Below, in pieces: positions 51,573 through 62,859 of a DNA stretch of 64,000 nucleotides. Made by a program: the position numbers and the translations under genes. Below the pieces are notes generated by a model that saw only the letters and a list, made by a program, of their open reading frames with translations, was not told where the DNA came from and did no database searches. This stretch comes from Basidiobolus meristosporus CBS 931.73 (lineage: Eukaryota > Fungi > Basidiobolomycota), in the NCBI GenBank assembly GCA_002104905.1, contig MCFE01000337.1, positions 28,247-92,246 of the forward strand. Direction: 5' to 3'. Position 1 is the first letter of the stretch, and the number at the start of each line of letters is the position of its first letter.

Positions 51573-52034
51573 ATGAGGGGAAAGCTTAAGGACCGCTACT
51601 TGGGGATCAAGACCAAAAGAGGAAGCTGCCTCTACCATAGCAGTCCTTGCGCTCCAAAGGAAGACCAAGAGTCTATTATAGACAAAGATTGCGGCAAGAA
51701 GAGCAGTACAATTACCAGTTCTGGTAGTGGTACCTTTGGAAGTCCCAAATACCTGGAGAAAACTTGGAAAAAATTGGCAGATGACTCAGTTGTCCTGAGG
51801 AGAAAACAAACCAATGTGATTGAGCAGTTCCAAAACAAACTTCAGCTTAGTTCTTCTTTGCCTCACTATAAAGTACTCCAAGTGGCTTATTTGGATTATA
51901 AGTGTATGAAGGAGAATCAGGCAGAGACTGATCAATTAAGTGATAGTCAATTGCATCACTTCTTAGATCAGGTAGAGAAACAGTCGCACAGCCAAGAGAC
52001 GGAACAAGAATTGACAATTACAGAAACCAAATAA
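51573..52034 (+). CDS. Hypothetical protein (153 aa), no recognizable family
   Basis: ATG-initiated ORF followed by AATAAA-type signals (about 52059-52070); no motif recognized. Confidence 0.35.
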   Translation: MRGKLKDRYLGIKTKRGSCLYHSSPCAPKEDQESIIDKDCGKKSSTITSSGSGTFGSPKYLEKTWKKLADDSVVLRRKQTNVIEQFQNKLQLSSSLPHYKVLQVAYLDYKCMKENQAETDQLSDSQLHHFLDQVEKQSHSQETEQELTITETK

Positions 52035-52266
52035 TTTTGCCAATGTAGTTTTGCATTTTAATAAAATAAAAGGGTGTTAATAAGAACAGAATAAAGTTAA
52101 CTCATGTGTACATCAAATGATTCAAATACTGGCTAGATGGATGTTATGTAGGAGCAAGAAGCTCAGTAACCTCAAAGGAAAGATATGATGAATGGGCCTC
52201 CAACATCATCCAAATGAGTATAAAAGTGGAGAAAGGAGACATAATCCTTCATAAAAAACAAGAAGC

Positions 52267-53073
52267 ATGGAAGCAGGCAGTAGCCGGGTAGATGCCAGGA
52301 GTGAAGGTAGAGTACAAAGAGAGCGAGGAAGGGGACAAGGACGCGGAAGAGGATGCGGAACCAGGTGCGGAAGAGGAAGAGGGCAAGGAAGTGGCCAAAT
52401 CCAAGAGGAGCGTGAAGGAGGTGTTGCAGCAAACGTGGATGATGCTGAGCAAGTTGCTGTAGTCACTACCAGGCAGCCGGTCAACCAAGTTTCCCAAGCA
52501 TTGTCAGAGGTTCAACAAGAGCTTCCGGAATATAGGACAACATCGCACCATGAGATATTGCGACGTATGTGCCAGGAGATTAAACAGAGGAGGGGTGATA
52601 TTGTAAAGCTAAATCGGGATATTGCTGGACTTCAAGCCCAGATTGATTACAGTTTCCACCATTCTACTGAGGCATTAGTGGCACAAATGGTGGAAAAGTT
52701 TGCCTGCATCAGGGCAAGCGATGAGCAGGGTGCATCTTCCAACCCAGGTGTACTTGCAAGCGACAGTATTGGAGGGTATACTACTTCCTCCCTTGAACCT
52801 ACCACAAGCCAAGAGACAAGAGCAGAATCCTCCACAACAATGAGAATGGCCCCCACGCAGGTTGATATGGAAGTGTGCAAAGAAGACGTGGAGAAGCAGA
52901 GTGGGGATACTATAGGCCAACCAGAAACTGTAATGGAGGCGGAGAGACCAAGTCATATTGTCATCTTAAAAATACCACAGGTTGATTCATCGCTATCACT
53001 TCCCCCATCATCACTATCTGTGCCCCCATCACCACTATCTGTGCCCCCATCACCACCGCCATCCTCTGGCTAA
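52267..53073 (+). CDS. Hypothetical protein (268 aa): RG-rich N-terminus, predicted coiled coil, Pro/Ser C-terminal repeats
   Basis: ATG-initiated ORF containing RGRGQGRGRG and a 21-bp repeat encoding SLSVPPS; no family recognized. Confidence 0.4.
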   Translation: MEAGSSRVDARSEGRVQRERGRGQGRGRGCGTRCGRGRGQGSGQIQEEREGGVAANVDDAEQVAVVTTRQPVNQVSQALSEVQQELPEYRTTSHHEILRRMCQEIKQRRGDIVKLNRDIAGLQAQIDYSFHHSTEALVAQMVEKFACIRASDEQGASSNPGVLASDSIGGYTTSSLEPTTSQETRAESSTTMRMAPTQVDMEVCKEDVEKQSGDTIGQPETVMEAERPSHIVILKIPQVDSSLSLPPSSLSVPPSPLSVPPSPPPSSG

Positions 53074-53941
53074 CTTGAGTAAATAAAGAATTTCCACCAT
53101 CCCAAATCAATGAATTGACAAGTAATAAGTTGAACTGATAAGATTGACAATTTACAGACTAATAGACTTGTTCCATTGTACCGTGCCAGGGCGCGTGGCG
53201 CGATCCGCGGTTGCAAAGAACGATCGGGCGCAATATTATAGCTACCAGAAGGCAGGATTGTTCTTGGACAATTTTGCACTATGCGGGACGATCTCGCACA
53301 CTATGGCACAATCTGACACGATGAGGTTGGCACGGATGATCGCGCCAACTTGTAATGCTTGCATCATGTGCGCAATGGGATACCGCTATAATGGCAGGTA
53401 AAATCCGGTATTTGGATATGTTTCTTTAATGTAAATGGAAATAAATGTGTATCACACTATAAACTACACTGATACTTACCATTTTGGTTACCCTCACTCC
53501 AATTGGATGGTATCTCAGTGGTTAATTGGTCCAAAAGTATCCTGAAGCTGGCAGCCCCCAATTGGCTCATTGACTACTGAAAAAGCTACCTGATTTGCCA
53601 TCAAATATCCCATTTTGCCCATTGAGCAAGTAAATCCCTGATCCTAGTGATTGGGCAAGGTGTCATAGCTAGCATGCAAGCAATCGTGTAGGTGCAAAAC
53701 AGATCCAATAGCTGCACTGGTATTACCAATGACGTATATATATGCAGGGTGTTTATTTATAGGGGTTCTGTCTCAAATGTGAGACGACCTTGATATTACT
53801 TATATCAAAAATTTGATGATCACTGATTTGCAATGGCTTGATTCGGATCGCAAAAAAAAAGGGTTGTCGGGATCATTACAAATGTGAGCAATTCAAAGCA
53901 ATGGCATCATCTTCTCCTGGGTTTTTTTCTCACAGGGATTA

Positions 53942-55069
53942 CTACTGAGCATTTGGTAGTGACTCACTTTGCACACCTATACTACTTCCTGGCTGACTAT
54001 CATCTTGGCTACTTGTGTATTTGTAGTCAGTATTTTGCCTCCTAGTTGATGAGTGCGATGCTGCAGCTTGGCCGCGCTGAATCACTCCGACTGAACCAAC
54101 TGAACCAACTGAACCGGCCTGTAGTGCCACGCGCTGACGCGTTCTTTTACTTGTCAAGGGCTCCGGTGGTTGAGTCACTTCATGTTGGTCATCATCAGTC
54201 AGTTCACCAGAAGTAACTCGCTGATGGTCAGGCAAAACGGCACGCGCAGGCACGCCTTGACGCGTTGAGATGGCCCTTGGCTGAGTTGGATGTGATGCCG
54301 CATGTTGATGCGACTCGGTCCGCTCCAATGGACTTGTGTCTAAATGAGCAGTTTGGCAAGTTCTGGTAGTTTTGCTCTGAAGCGCGCGCGTTGACCCGAC
54401 ACGCATTGACTCAACGCGGGGCGTTCTGGTAAAGGGTGTTGGCGTGGTCTGGACTGACGTGCGCCGGCGCGCTGTGGTTGCAAGAGATGGTAGGGAATCC
54501 AGCAAGGCATGCTGGCGCAATCTGGACAATGTTGCTCGCGGTCTGTATTCTTCCTCCTGAAGCTCACCATCTGATTCCTCAAGGTATTCACTTACCCTCT
54601 GTCTGATACTTTGGAGCTGTTGCCTGGATGAGTCCTGTGTATATTGCTCTCGGAAGCCACTTAGCTCTACCAATATATCACGTAGTACATTAGTCATTTG
54701 AGGCAAAAACTCATTCAAAATCTCTTTGGTTCCCAAAGTTGAGGCACAAACGGACGCGTCCAGCCCGTACTGTGCAAATTGCGCGTGAAATCATTCCCGC
54801 GCGGCTTCCTCGTCAAATCCCCTCACTCTCAGCTCATTCTTGATTTCAATACTTGTCTTGTTATATATCTTTTTACATACATCGGCTGGCATCTTGATGT
54901 AGAACTCATGCCACAGCTTTCTACTCAAATTCTTCCATCTTTGTTGACTCTCTGAGGTATCTAGTTCTGCTAGATTAATCAGTAGTGCCCAAATATCTGT
55001 ATGAAGGCTCATCATAGACACTTGGGCCATACTAAAATCATTTGGCGAGAACTCAAACGGATCCAACAT
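53942..55069 (-). pseudogene. Transposon accessory gene (probable Myb/SANT-trihelix-like DNA-binding protein) split by one in-frame TGA
   Basis: ORFs 54791-55162 and 53942-54736 are in the same frame (..EAARE*FHAQF..LGTKE). IWALL...RWKNLSRKL...ADVCKKIYNK resembles a trihelix/SANT motif. Likely ATG at 55069. Confidence 0.55.
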
Positions 55070-55521
55070 CAACTTTTCCGGTCCGGACCGCGCTTGTGAG
55101 CTGGGGGATGGGTTTTGTCTGGGTTGTACTAAAGATGAGTTGAGGCTTGGTATGGGGACCATAGCAACGGATTTGGATACTTATACAGCAGTATATTGGC
55201 ATCAACCTGGTCTTATATGAGATATATATGAAAACTAAAGTGATTGTTGAATTTTCCATATATTATGCATGATGCATCTCGGATCGCGTTGACACAGATC
55301 AGATCACATCAATTGCAGATTTCCTATTTGATTATAGACCTATGATTAAAGCATCAATAAAAGTACCAAGGCATTGTTTGCGGATGATTTTTGCGACATA
55401 ATGATGGGATACATGGCAATTGATGGAGATTTAACCATAATGTGTTAAAAATCAGATAAATAACGCAGATCGCGCCAAATCAATTCAAACCGCCTCCATA
55501 CAATCATCCATCAATTTTAAT

Positions 55522-56406
55522 ATGACTTACTCATCTGAATGGTCTTTTCTCATCAATCCCATCACTACCACTGGATTTCCTTTTGACACCCTGGAGGAGA
55601 TCTATTCCAAGTACTGTGGACCATCAACCCCAATCTACTCAAGGAGATCCCTTGTTAAGCTTCTCTGCTATTACAAGAACTATTGCCCTACAAGGTTTCA
55701 TCCCACCATCCATGGCAACAAAAGTCCTAGAAGCTTTCATTCCCAGCTGACAGCAATGGAGAACCACCTTGCAGAGGGTATGAATGACTTAGAGCAAGCT
55801 TGGAATACTAGGTTCAGAAGCTCCAATAGACTTCCGTATCCCAGAGTGTTCAGCAACAGGTTCCATATCAGGAGTATTTTGGATACCTTCCCAGTGAGGA
55901 TTAACAGACCTTCTAGAGGGCAGAGGCACTTTTATTCTGGCAAGTACAAGGCACACTGTGTGAAGTTTCAAGCACTGTCTGACATTGAGGGTAACATCAT
56001 CTGGTTTAGTGGGCCATTTGCTGGAAGTAGGCATGACAAAGCAATCTGGGTAGAGAATCATCCTGAATTCAGTAGAGGGGAGAAATGTATGGCAGACTTG
56101 GCCTATATAGGAGAGGATTGTCAGAGATTAGGATGTATTACAGCTTATAGGAAGCCAAGGAATGGTGTGCTTAGCAGGAAGCAGAAGCTCTACAATGAGA
56201 TATTTAATCATTTCAGAGTAAGGGTAGAGTACACATTTGGATATCTGAAGAGATTCAGCATATTGGCAGGTAAATACAGAGGAAAGTCATATATAGGAGA
56301 AAACAGCAGAATAGGTAAAATAGTTAAGATACTTATCAATGCACAGTATGTTCATACAAGAAGACATCCACTGAGAGAAATGTGTCTGGAGCATTATGAA
56401 GAGTAA
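55522..56406 (+). CDS. DDE transposase, DDE_Tnp_4 / IS5-Harbinger type (294 aa, intact frame)
   Basis: ILDTFPVRINRP, YSGKYKAHCVKFQ, GSRHD, MADLAY, YNEIFNHFRVRVEYTFGYLK. Confidence 0.92.
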   Translation: MTYSSEWSFLINPITTTGFPFDTLEEIYSKYCGPSTPIYSRRSLVKLLCYYKNYCPTRFHPTIHGNKSPRSFHSQLTAMENHLAEGMNDLEQAWNTRFRSSNRLPYPRVFSNRFHIRSILDTFPVRINRPSRGQRHFYSGKYKAHCVKFQALSDIEGNIIWFSGPFAGSRHDKAIWVENHPEFSRGEKCMADLAYIGEDCQRLGCITAYRKPRNGVLSRKQKLYNEIFNHFRVRVEYTFGYLKRFSILAGKYRGKSYIGENSRIGKIVKILINAQYVHTRRHPLREMCLEHYEE

Positions 56407-56693
56407 ATAAAGCAAGGAAAGCACTATTCTGAGCAACATAAGTAAGATTGAGTAAAATTACCAGTAACTGTATCATACCACTGGCATCATGGTAGAAATT
56501 ATAGTGCCAGATAGTGCCGTAGAGTGCCAGATCAATCCGGCACTATAAACCGGCTGGCACTATGTGGCACTATCCAACGGAACAAGTCTAATATATGTAA
56601 AGTATGTAGTACTTAAGAGCTTTCAAGTTGTGGTGTATTATCAAGTATTCACCGTCACATAAATCACGCAGCAGTTGTTGTATCCCTATCCCA

Positions 56694-59500
56694 ATGGCAT
56701 TAGAAGCCAGCAGTTACAAGGAGCATCGGAAAAATTTTGGCATTTACCTGGCGACGGTGGCAGGTGTAACAAAATGCAGCTATTGCTCAATGACCATTAC
56801 CCTGTCTATGAGATACTTGCTATTATATGGAGGGTATTCTGTTGAGCACTTTCAAGACAGCAAAATATCCCCGCCTTATGATGAGCGTATAGCTGAAGAA
56901 ACATCCGGCCGTGGAATACTCTATGAGCCCAGCTCAAAGGTTCAAATGATTCACCTTGCTGATCTACACGGTGATGAAGACATCACAGTGACAGTTCTCC
57001 CAACTCCAGACAACATATCAACTACAGAGGCAGCCAAAGGGGTGATTTTAATTGGCAACAGCTGTGCTACTGACCACAAAAATCTCTACATATATGGTGG
57101 TTTTGAGCTGAGCCGTAGAGAATACTCAGGGCAACATGAAAGTGCCAAAAAACGGGGGAAAAAAGCAATACAAAGCAAGAGTGGGGAGACAATCAATAGA
57201 AGACTGAGCAAGCTGGAGGTAATCATGTACAAAGATGGCAATGGATGCTCCAGAGTATTGGAGACAAGGCCATTCTTGAATAATCCGGCAAATATGCCTT
57301 CAGCAAGAGGTTGGGCAGTTCTTACGTACGCATTTGATTGCTTATTCTTGCTGGGTGGCTATCCTACACCATTGGAACCACCTTATACCCAACCAAATGG
57401 GAGTTTTTTAAACAAGTTCTACTGTTTAAAATTGCAAACTGGTGATTGGGAAAGACAATATGTACACTCAGCAATACAGGAGCTTGGAGAAAACTTTATT
57501 GCTGTGGTAAACAAGTATGGCAACCAAATCCAATACATCAACAATGCAAATGTTACATTCACCTATGATGTCAATAATCAGATCTGGATTTACCCTCCTG
57601 ATCCAAGTCAGGAAGAAATGAGTACAAAGCAGCTACTAGGGCGCATTCTTAATGAATTGGCAACAATCTCTCAGCAGCACAAGAGGGAAGGCGAAGGAAG
57701 TGCTGAGACTGAAAATATCTTGCGGCATAGTGCCCATGGTCTTACTGTCCCACTTAAGAACCATCAAGCATTTGGCGTACAATGGCTGATGTATACAGAG
57801 GCCATCCATAAAGGAGCATTGCTTGCCGATTCCATGGGACTTGGAAAGACATTGCAGATATTAAGTCTCATATTGGAGACACCTGAGCAAAGGCCAAATC
57901 TTATTGTTGTCACGCTTGGAATACTTCTCAATTGGGTGATGGAGATAAAGTCAAAAACAAGGATATCCAATGAAGAGCTTCATGTATTTCATGGAAAATT
58001 CCGAGCTATCAAGAAGTCAGATATGGAAACTAAGAGGATTGTGCTCACCACCTACCACACACTATGTGTTGAAGCAAGGAACCCTGATTTGCCTATATGG
58101 AATGTGAAATTTGGCCAAATAGTGGCCAATGAGGCAGATACACTTAAGAACTACAAAGGTGGTAGCTTAAATGCAGTGAGTAAAATTGATGGAGAATCCT
58201 TGATACTTGTCACTGCCACCCCATTCCAAAATGAGATTATGGATCTTCATTCATATCTCACATTATTCAATCTATGGGAAGGCATTCCAAAGGATTTCCA
58301 TCGACTCCTACTTGAGGAGGCCAATGCAAACAGGCTAGTTGAATGGGTTGTAGAAAGACTTGGCTCATTAATATTGAGACGCGTCCAGAGTCGCAAATAT
58401 TTGGAGAACGCGCAGTATCCATGCCTAGTATTCAAGAGCAGATTGTCTTGTGCCAATTCTTGCCGGAGGAGCTGCAGGAGTACAAACAACTGCAGTCAAG
58501 TCTTCCAGAGGAAGTCGGTCGGATGGGTGCAAATACCTATCTGCATCTGTACTCATGCCATCCATATATGTATACCTGGAGCAGGAAGAGGAATTGGCTG
58601 AAAAAAGCGGCTGATGCTAGCATTGTCCAAGATGTCAAGATGAGTGAGGATGATTTTGTACCTGAGATTGATGAGGATCTTGAGGCGGTTGCGGTTGAGG
58701 TTGAGGAGCAGCTTCAAGAGATTAATAGCGAAGTGGTTGACAGCTCATCCAATGTTCCATCTACTTCTGCACCAACTGCCATACGCACCAAAGACGCCCC
58801 TACAATTGCCCAAAGAGGGCTTGCGTTAGAGGACTCCAACAGGGTATTCATCCAAGATTTCCTCACTGGTGTAACCAACAACACTGTGAACGAGCATAGT
58901 GGCAAAACTCGGAAAATCATGGAAATCCTGCTTGAAATCCAAGAAAATAAGGAGCACGCACGTGTTATTATTTTTTCTGGGTTTAATCTGATGCTTGACA
59001 TAGTGGCTTACCATTTGAGGGAGCAGAGCATTGAACATCTGAAGATTACCGGTTCCACCCCAGTTTGGATACAAAAGAGCAGTATAGATACATTTGCATT
59101 ACCAGTTCCGGAGGGCAAGATTTGTGTGTTACTGATCAATGTCAAATGTGGCGCATTTGGATTAAATTTGCAGATGGCATCAGTGGTGATCATTGCCGAC
59201 AATCGGTGGAATCCCTATGTAGAAATTTAAGTGAAGGCCAGAGTTTGGAGGGTGAATCAACCAAATAATGTTTCTAGTTACCAGTTAGTCATGCAAGATT
59301 CCATTGAAGCTCAGGGTGTAATTGACAGTCAAACTCGTAAGATTGGCTTATTTGGCCAGATTACGCATACGTTGGTAGATGAAGCATCCAAAGTACCAAT
59401 TTCATTACAACTTCAAGATCAAGATGATTGGTACTTGAGCCAATTACATGAAGCGCAAGGCAGTGGATCTCTGATGCACGAAGATGAAGAGGAGGTAGGG
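56694..59500 (+). pseudogene. Kelch-repeat + SNF2-family ATPase/helicase fusion; frameshifted, with a nonsense codon, and cut by a telomere seed
   Basis: Kelch-like LLLYGGY, LYIYGGF, PSARGWAVLTYAFDCLFLLGGY...LNKFYCLKLQTGDW. SNF2 motifs LADSMGLGKT, IVLTTY, NEAD, TATPFQN. Frameshift near 58400. HELICc motifs VIIFS, GAFGLNL, WNP. In-frame TAA at 59228-59230. Confidence 0.85.
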
Positions 59501-59506
59501 TTAGGG
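59494..59506 (+). repeat. Short telomeric seed (GGTAGGGTTAGGG) at the SNF2/SINE junction
   Basis: Seen directly; its final GGG overlaps the G-run of S2. Confidence 0.7.
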
Positions 59507-60026
59507 GGGAGGAAAGTCACCAAGTGGTGAAATCTTTATTTACTTATGACAAGTATCCAAAGAAGCCATGTTAATCTGAAGTAATTCCTAGAAAGCTAGG
59601 TCTGAGAGATATCTTCCTGGTAAGCCAGGTCTGAGAGTTGAGAAGCTGAGTGGTACTGTATTTCCTAGTTAGCTAGGTCTGAGAGAGGTTTCCTGGAAAG
59701 CCAGGCCTGAGAAGTGAGAATCTGAGTATATCTGAGGTGAGTTGTACTGATTTGCGGTAGCTTGTTTGTGGCCAGAATGGCCAGTAGACTGGGGGAACTG
59801 AGGGGTATATCTGGGCGATCACTGGCCATATTTACTAGGCAAATCTGACCAATTAGCATTTCAAGGATTTCAGCCAATCAGAGCCTTTACTTTGCCCGAT
59901 GGTTGATCAAGCCATCTCCCAATGAGCACACATCAATTTATTAATCAAATTTTGCTGGATCCAGGATTTGAACCCACAACCATGGGTATGGAAGGGTTAG
60001 GGATAACCACAAGGCTAAGTGTTCTT
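59504..60026 (-). mobile_element. tRNA-derived SINE copy S2
   Basis: Differs from S1 by roughly ten substitutions (by eye). A box at 60017-60007, B box at 59974-59964. Confidence 0.85.
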
Positions 60027-60031
60027 GGTTA

Positions 60032-62857
60032 GGGGGGAGACAGTCACCAACAGGTGAAATCTTTATTTCAGTTGAAACAAAGAAGCCAGCGCTACTGTTG
60101 TAGCTTTGATACAAGAGTGTGTAGCTGAGGGGAATTTGTAGGTAAGTTAATAAGAAGTGATGATAGTTCTTCAGTGCTCAAGACACTGTTCAGTGGGAAG
60201 GGGGGTAGCAAGAGAGGTAAGAATGACTTGTGAACAACATTAATGAGGGGAATGTGATAAGGATTGATATTCATCATAAAGGGAGTGTGCTGCTGCAGAT
60301 ATTGCTGCCAAAGGTCTGTCAAGTACTTCAGGTAGGCCAGCTTGGGTTTTTCTGACTGCAGAATATAGTGAGCAAACTTCTTGACTTCAGGATCTCCAAG
60401 TATAGTTCTCCAGCAGGAGCCAGGTGTTGTGTGGTGTGTTCTCTTCCAGGACTTAATCAGTGGGTTGTTGCAGTTGTGAAGTCTGAGGTATAATCTGGTT
60501 CTAAGGTAGAGAAGTCTGATCTTATAGGGCATAAACCCAAAAGCACCAAGAATAGCATGTCTGTAGGGGCATTCAGGCAAATGAGGCACCAAGGAGGTAA
60601 TGCACCATACTGCAAACTTGTCAAGCTTAGTGCAGTCTCTAGAAGTAAGAGAGAGAAGTGGTAAGCCAAATTCCAGGACAGGGAAGACAAACTGCTTGAG
60701 TAGAAGGAGGCAGCTGGGAGCTGAAGTTGTAGGAGGAGTAACAGCCAGTAGCTTGTGGAGTGCCTGTCTTGCCAGGATAATTCTCTTCTTCAGGTGTGCT
60801 CCAGAGTCTAGTCCAGTAGGAAGGAAAGGAAAGCCAAGATATGTAGCAGAAACCTGAGCAGGTAGAGTGGAGTTCTCCAAGTTGATGGGAGAGCCCAAAG
60901 GTACTGTCTTTGCAATGGAAAGCTGGAGATTATTCTTCTGCAGATACTGGTGGATGGTCTGGGAGTCTTGTTGCACATTGGAGGAGGATATTCTGATGTC
61001 ATCAGCAAAGAGAGTAACCAGGCAGTCAGCTGAGAGTCTTGGGAAATCATTCAGGAAGATGGCAAACAGTATAGGACCAAGCACAGAGCCTTGAACCACT
61101 CCATTAGGAACTGAGAACACAGCTGATTGCTCACTTGGGTGCAGAATTCTTGCTTGTGGATCCAGAAACAGAGACCTGACAAGGAGGGTGAGAGAGGTAC
61201 TGGAGAAGCATTGCAACTTGGACCAAAGCAGATTTCTGTCAACTGAATCAAAGGCCTTAGTAATATCAAACAGAACAGAGGGATACTTGTACTGGAGAGA
61301 GTGATCTTGGCTAAGTATGACTGCATATTCCAAGGAGAGGCCAGGAACAAAGCCAAACTGAGCAGGATGAAACTTGAGAGAGTCAGAGTAGAGCTCCTGA
61401 GCAAGCAGAAGCTCAAACACCTTTCTGCAGGTGGGCAGCAGAGATATTGGCCTGTAGGAGCTAGGATCCAGGTGCTTTCCTTTACCCTTGTACAGTGGCA
61501 GAACATTTGCAAAGGACCATTCCTCAGGAGTAGAAAGCTGGGCTGAGCATTGCTGAAACAGTGGAAGCAGAAGTGCAGACATGGCCTTGGTACTAGTCTT
61601 CAGAAGCTCATAGGAGATTGTGTCCACACCTGGAGCAGTAGAGTTGGGAAGCCTCTTGAGCACATTATGGATTCTCCTTTGATCAAGTGCAAGTGGGATG
61701 GGCAGAGTCTTGAAGTCAGGATGAAAGCCAGGAGTTGAGTACTGCTTTGTAGAGAAGAAGATGTTAGCCAGCTGTTCTGTTGAAGGTAACTTCCTGGAAG
61801 AGGGCCTCATTGCCCTGTAGAGTCTTGATACTGTTCTTGTTATAGAGTCGGAAGATTGCAGAGGCAAGGAACTCATAATATGATCCCAGAGCTGAGTATG
61901 CAGAGTGTGGTGAATTGCCTTGGAGTGGTGTATTGCTGTCAGGAGGAGTTTCTCTGTTTTTGGGTTAGGGAAGCTCAGGTAGCTTTGTTGCAGGGCTGAA
62001 ACAATGGATTCCCATTTTCTTGAGGTAACAGCAGTAGTCTTGCATGGCAGTGAGAGGGAGGCAGACACCAGAATCAGATGCTTCACAAAGAGCCAGGCAA
62101 AGTTGAGATCATCTGGCAGAGAAAGTAGCAAACTGGCAAGCTTCAAGTAGTTCCCAAAGTCTTTCTTCTGATTCTTGGTAGCTTTGTGGGTGAGCACAGT
62201 AAGTTTTGGCAGCTTCTTCTTCACAACTGGTTGCATAGAAAGGGACCAGGCTGGGTGGTCAGAGGCTCTCAAGGATCCTAGCTCAGCTCCAGAGAATTGC
62301 TTAACTTCATTCACAAAGTAGAGGGCAGCAGCAGAAGGGCAGATCCAGTCAACACATCTTTTCTCAGATTGGGCACCTAGTACTAGCAGGTGGCTTTCTC
62401 TCAGGAAGTTCAGTAGGAATGTAGACCTTGGCTTCATTCTTGCAGTCAGAGTAGTCTTGTTCTCAGGATGGGGAATGTTGAGATCTCCAAGCAAGATAAC
62501 AGGTGTTGATATAGATTGTTGGTATTGCTGAACCTTCTGGCATATAACTTGCACTTCCTGAAGGGCTAGGCTTGGAGGCAGATAGCAGAGCACCAGACTG
62601 ATAGTTGGCAACTGGAGAGCAGCACAGTAAGGGGAGTAAAGAGGAACACAGAGCTGAGGAGTATTGATGGTAGAAGAGATGAAGCAGATAGAGGAGGTAT
62701 TCTTTGTTCTAGGAGTAGAAAAGCAATATAGATTAGTCAAAAGTATAGAGGGTAGCTGGACATCAATCAAACACAGGAGGGAAAATATTGAAAGAAGTCT
62801 CTCTAGAGTTGGTCTTGATGGCTGTATGCTGTTGCAGTTAAGCAACAGAACTTCAGG
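60032..62857 (-). mobile_element. Telomeric LINE copy L4: longest copy, open APE-endonuclease + RT frame
   Basis: ORF 60092-62878 contains APE motifs (LLNCNS, CYLPP, GDLN, VDW, SDH) and non-LTR RT motifs (TAPGVD, YRPISLL, QFGF, DITKAFDSV, GVVQGSVLGP, FADD). No RNase H, CCHC knuckle or restriction-like endonuclease seen. Confidence 0.96.
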
Positions 62858-62859
62858 TA

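Larger units (their letters stand above)
53164..56589. mobile_element. PHIS-superfamily (PIF/Harbinger-related) DNA transposon, 3426 bp
   Basis: Imperfect 25-bp TIRs, AGACTTGTTCCATTGTACCGTGCCA (53164-53188) and the reverse complement of AGACTTGTTCCGTTGGATAGTGCCA ending at 56589. AAT duplicated at 53161-53163 and 56590-56592. Subterminal GCACTAT/ATAGTGC repeats. Divergent transposase and accessory genes. Confidence 0.92.

Noticed and set aside
59504-59530. GRKVTKW* as the natural C-terminus of the SNF2 gene
   Set aside because: These codons are the antisense of the SINE S2 tail; the native end was lost.
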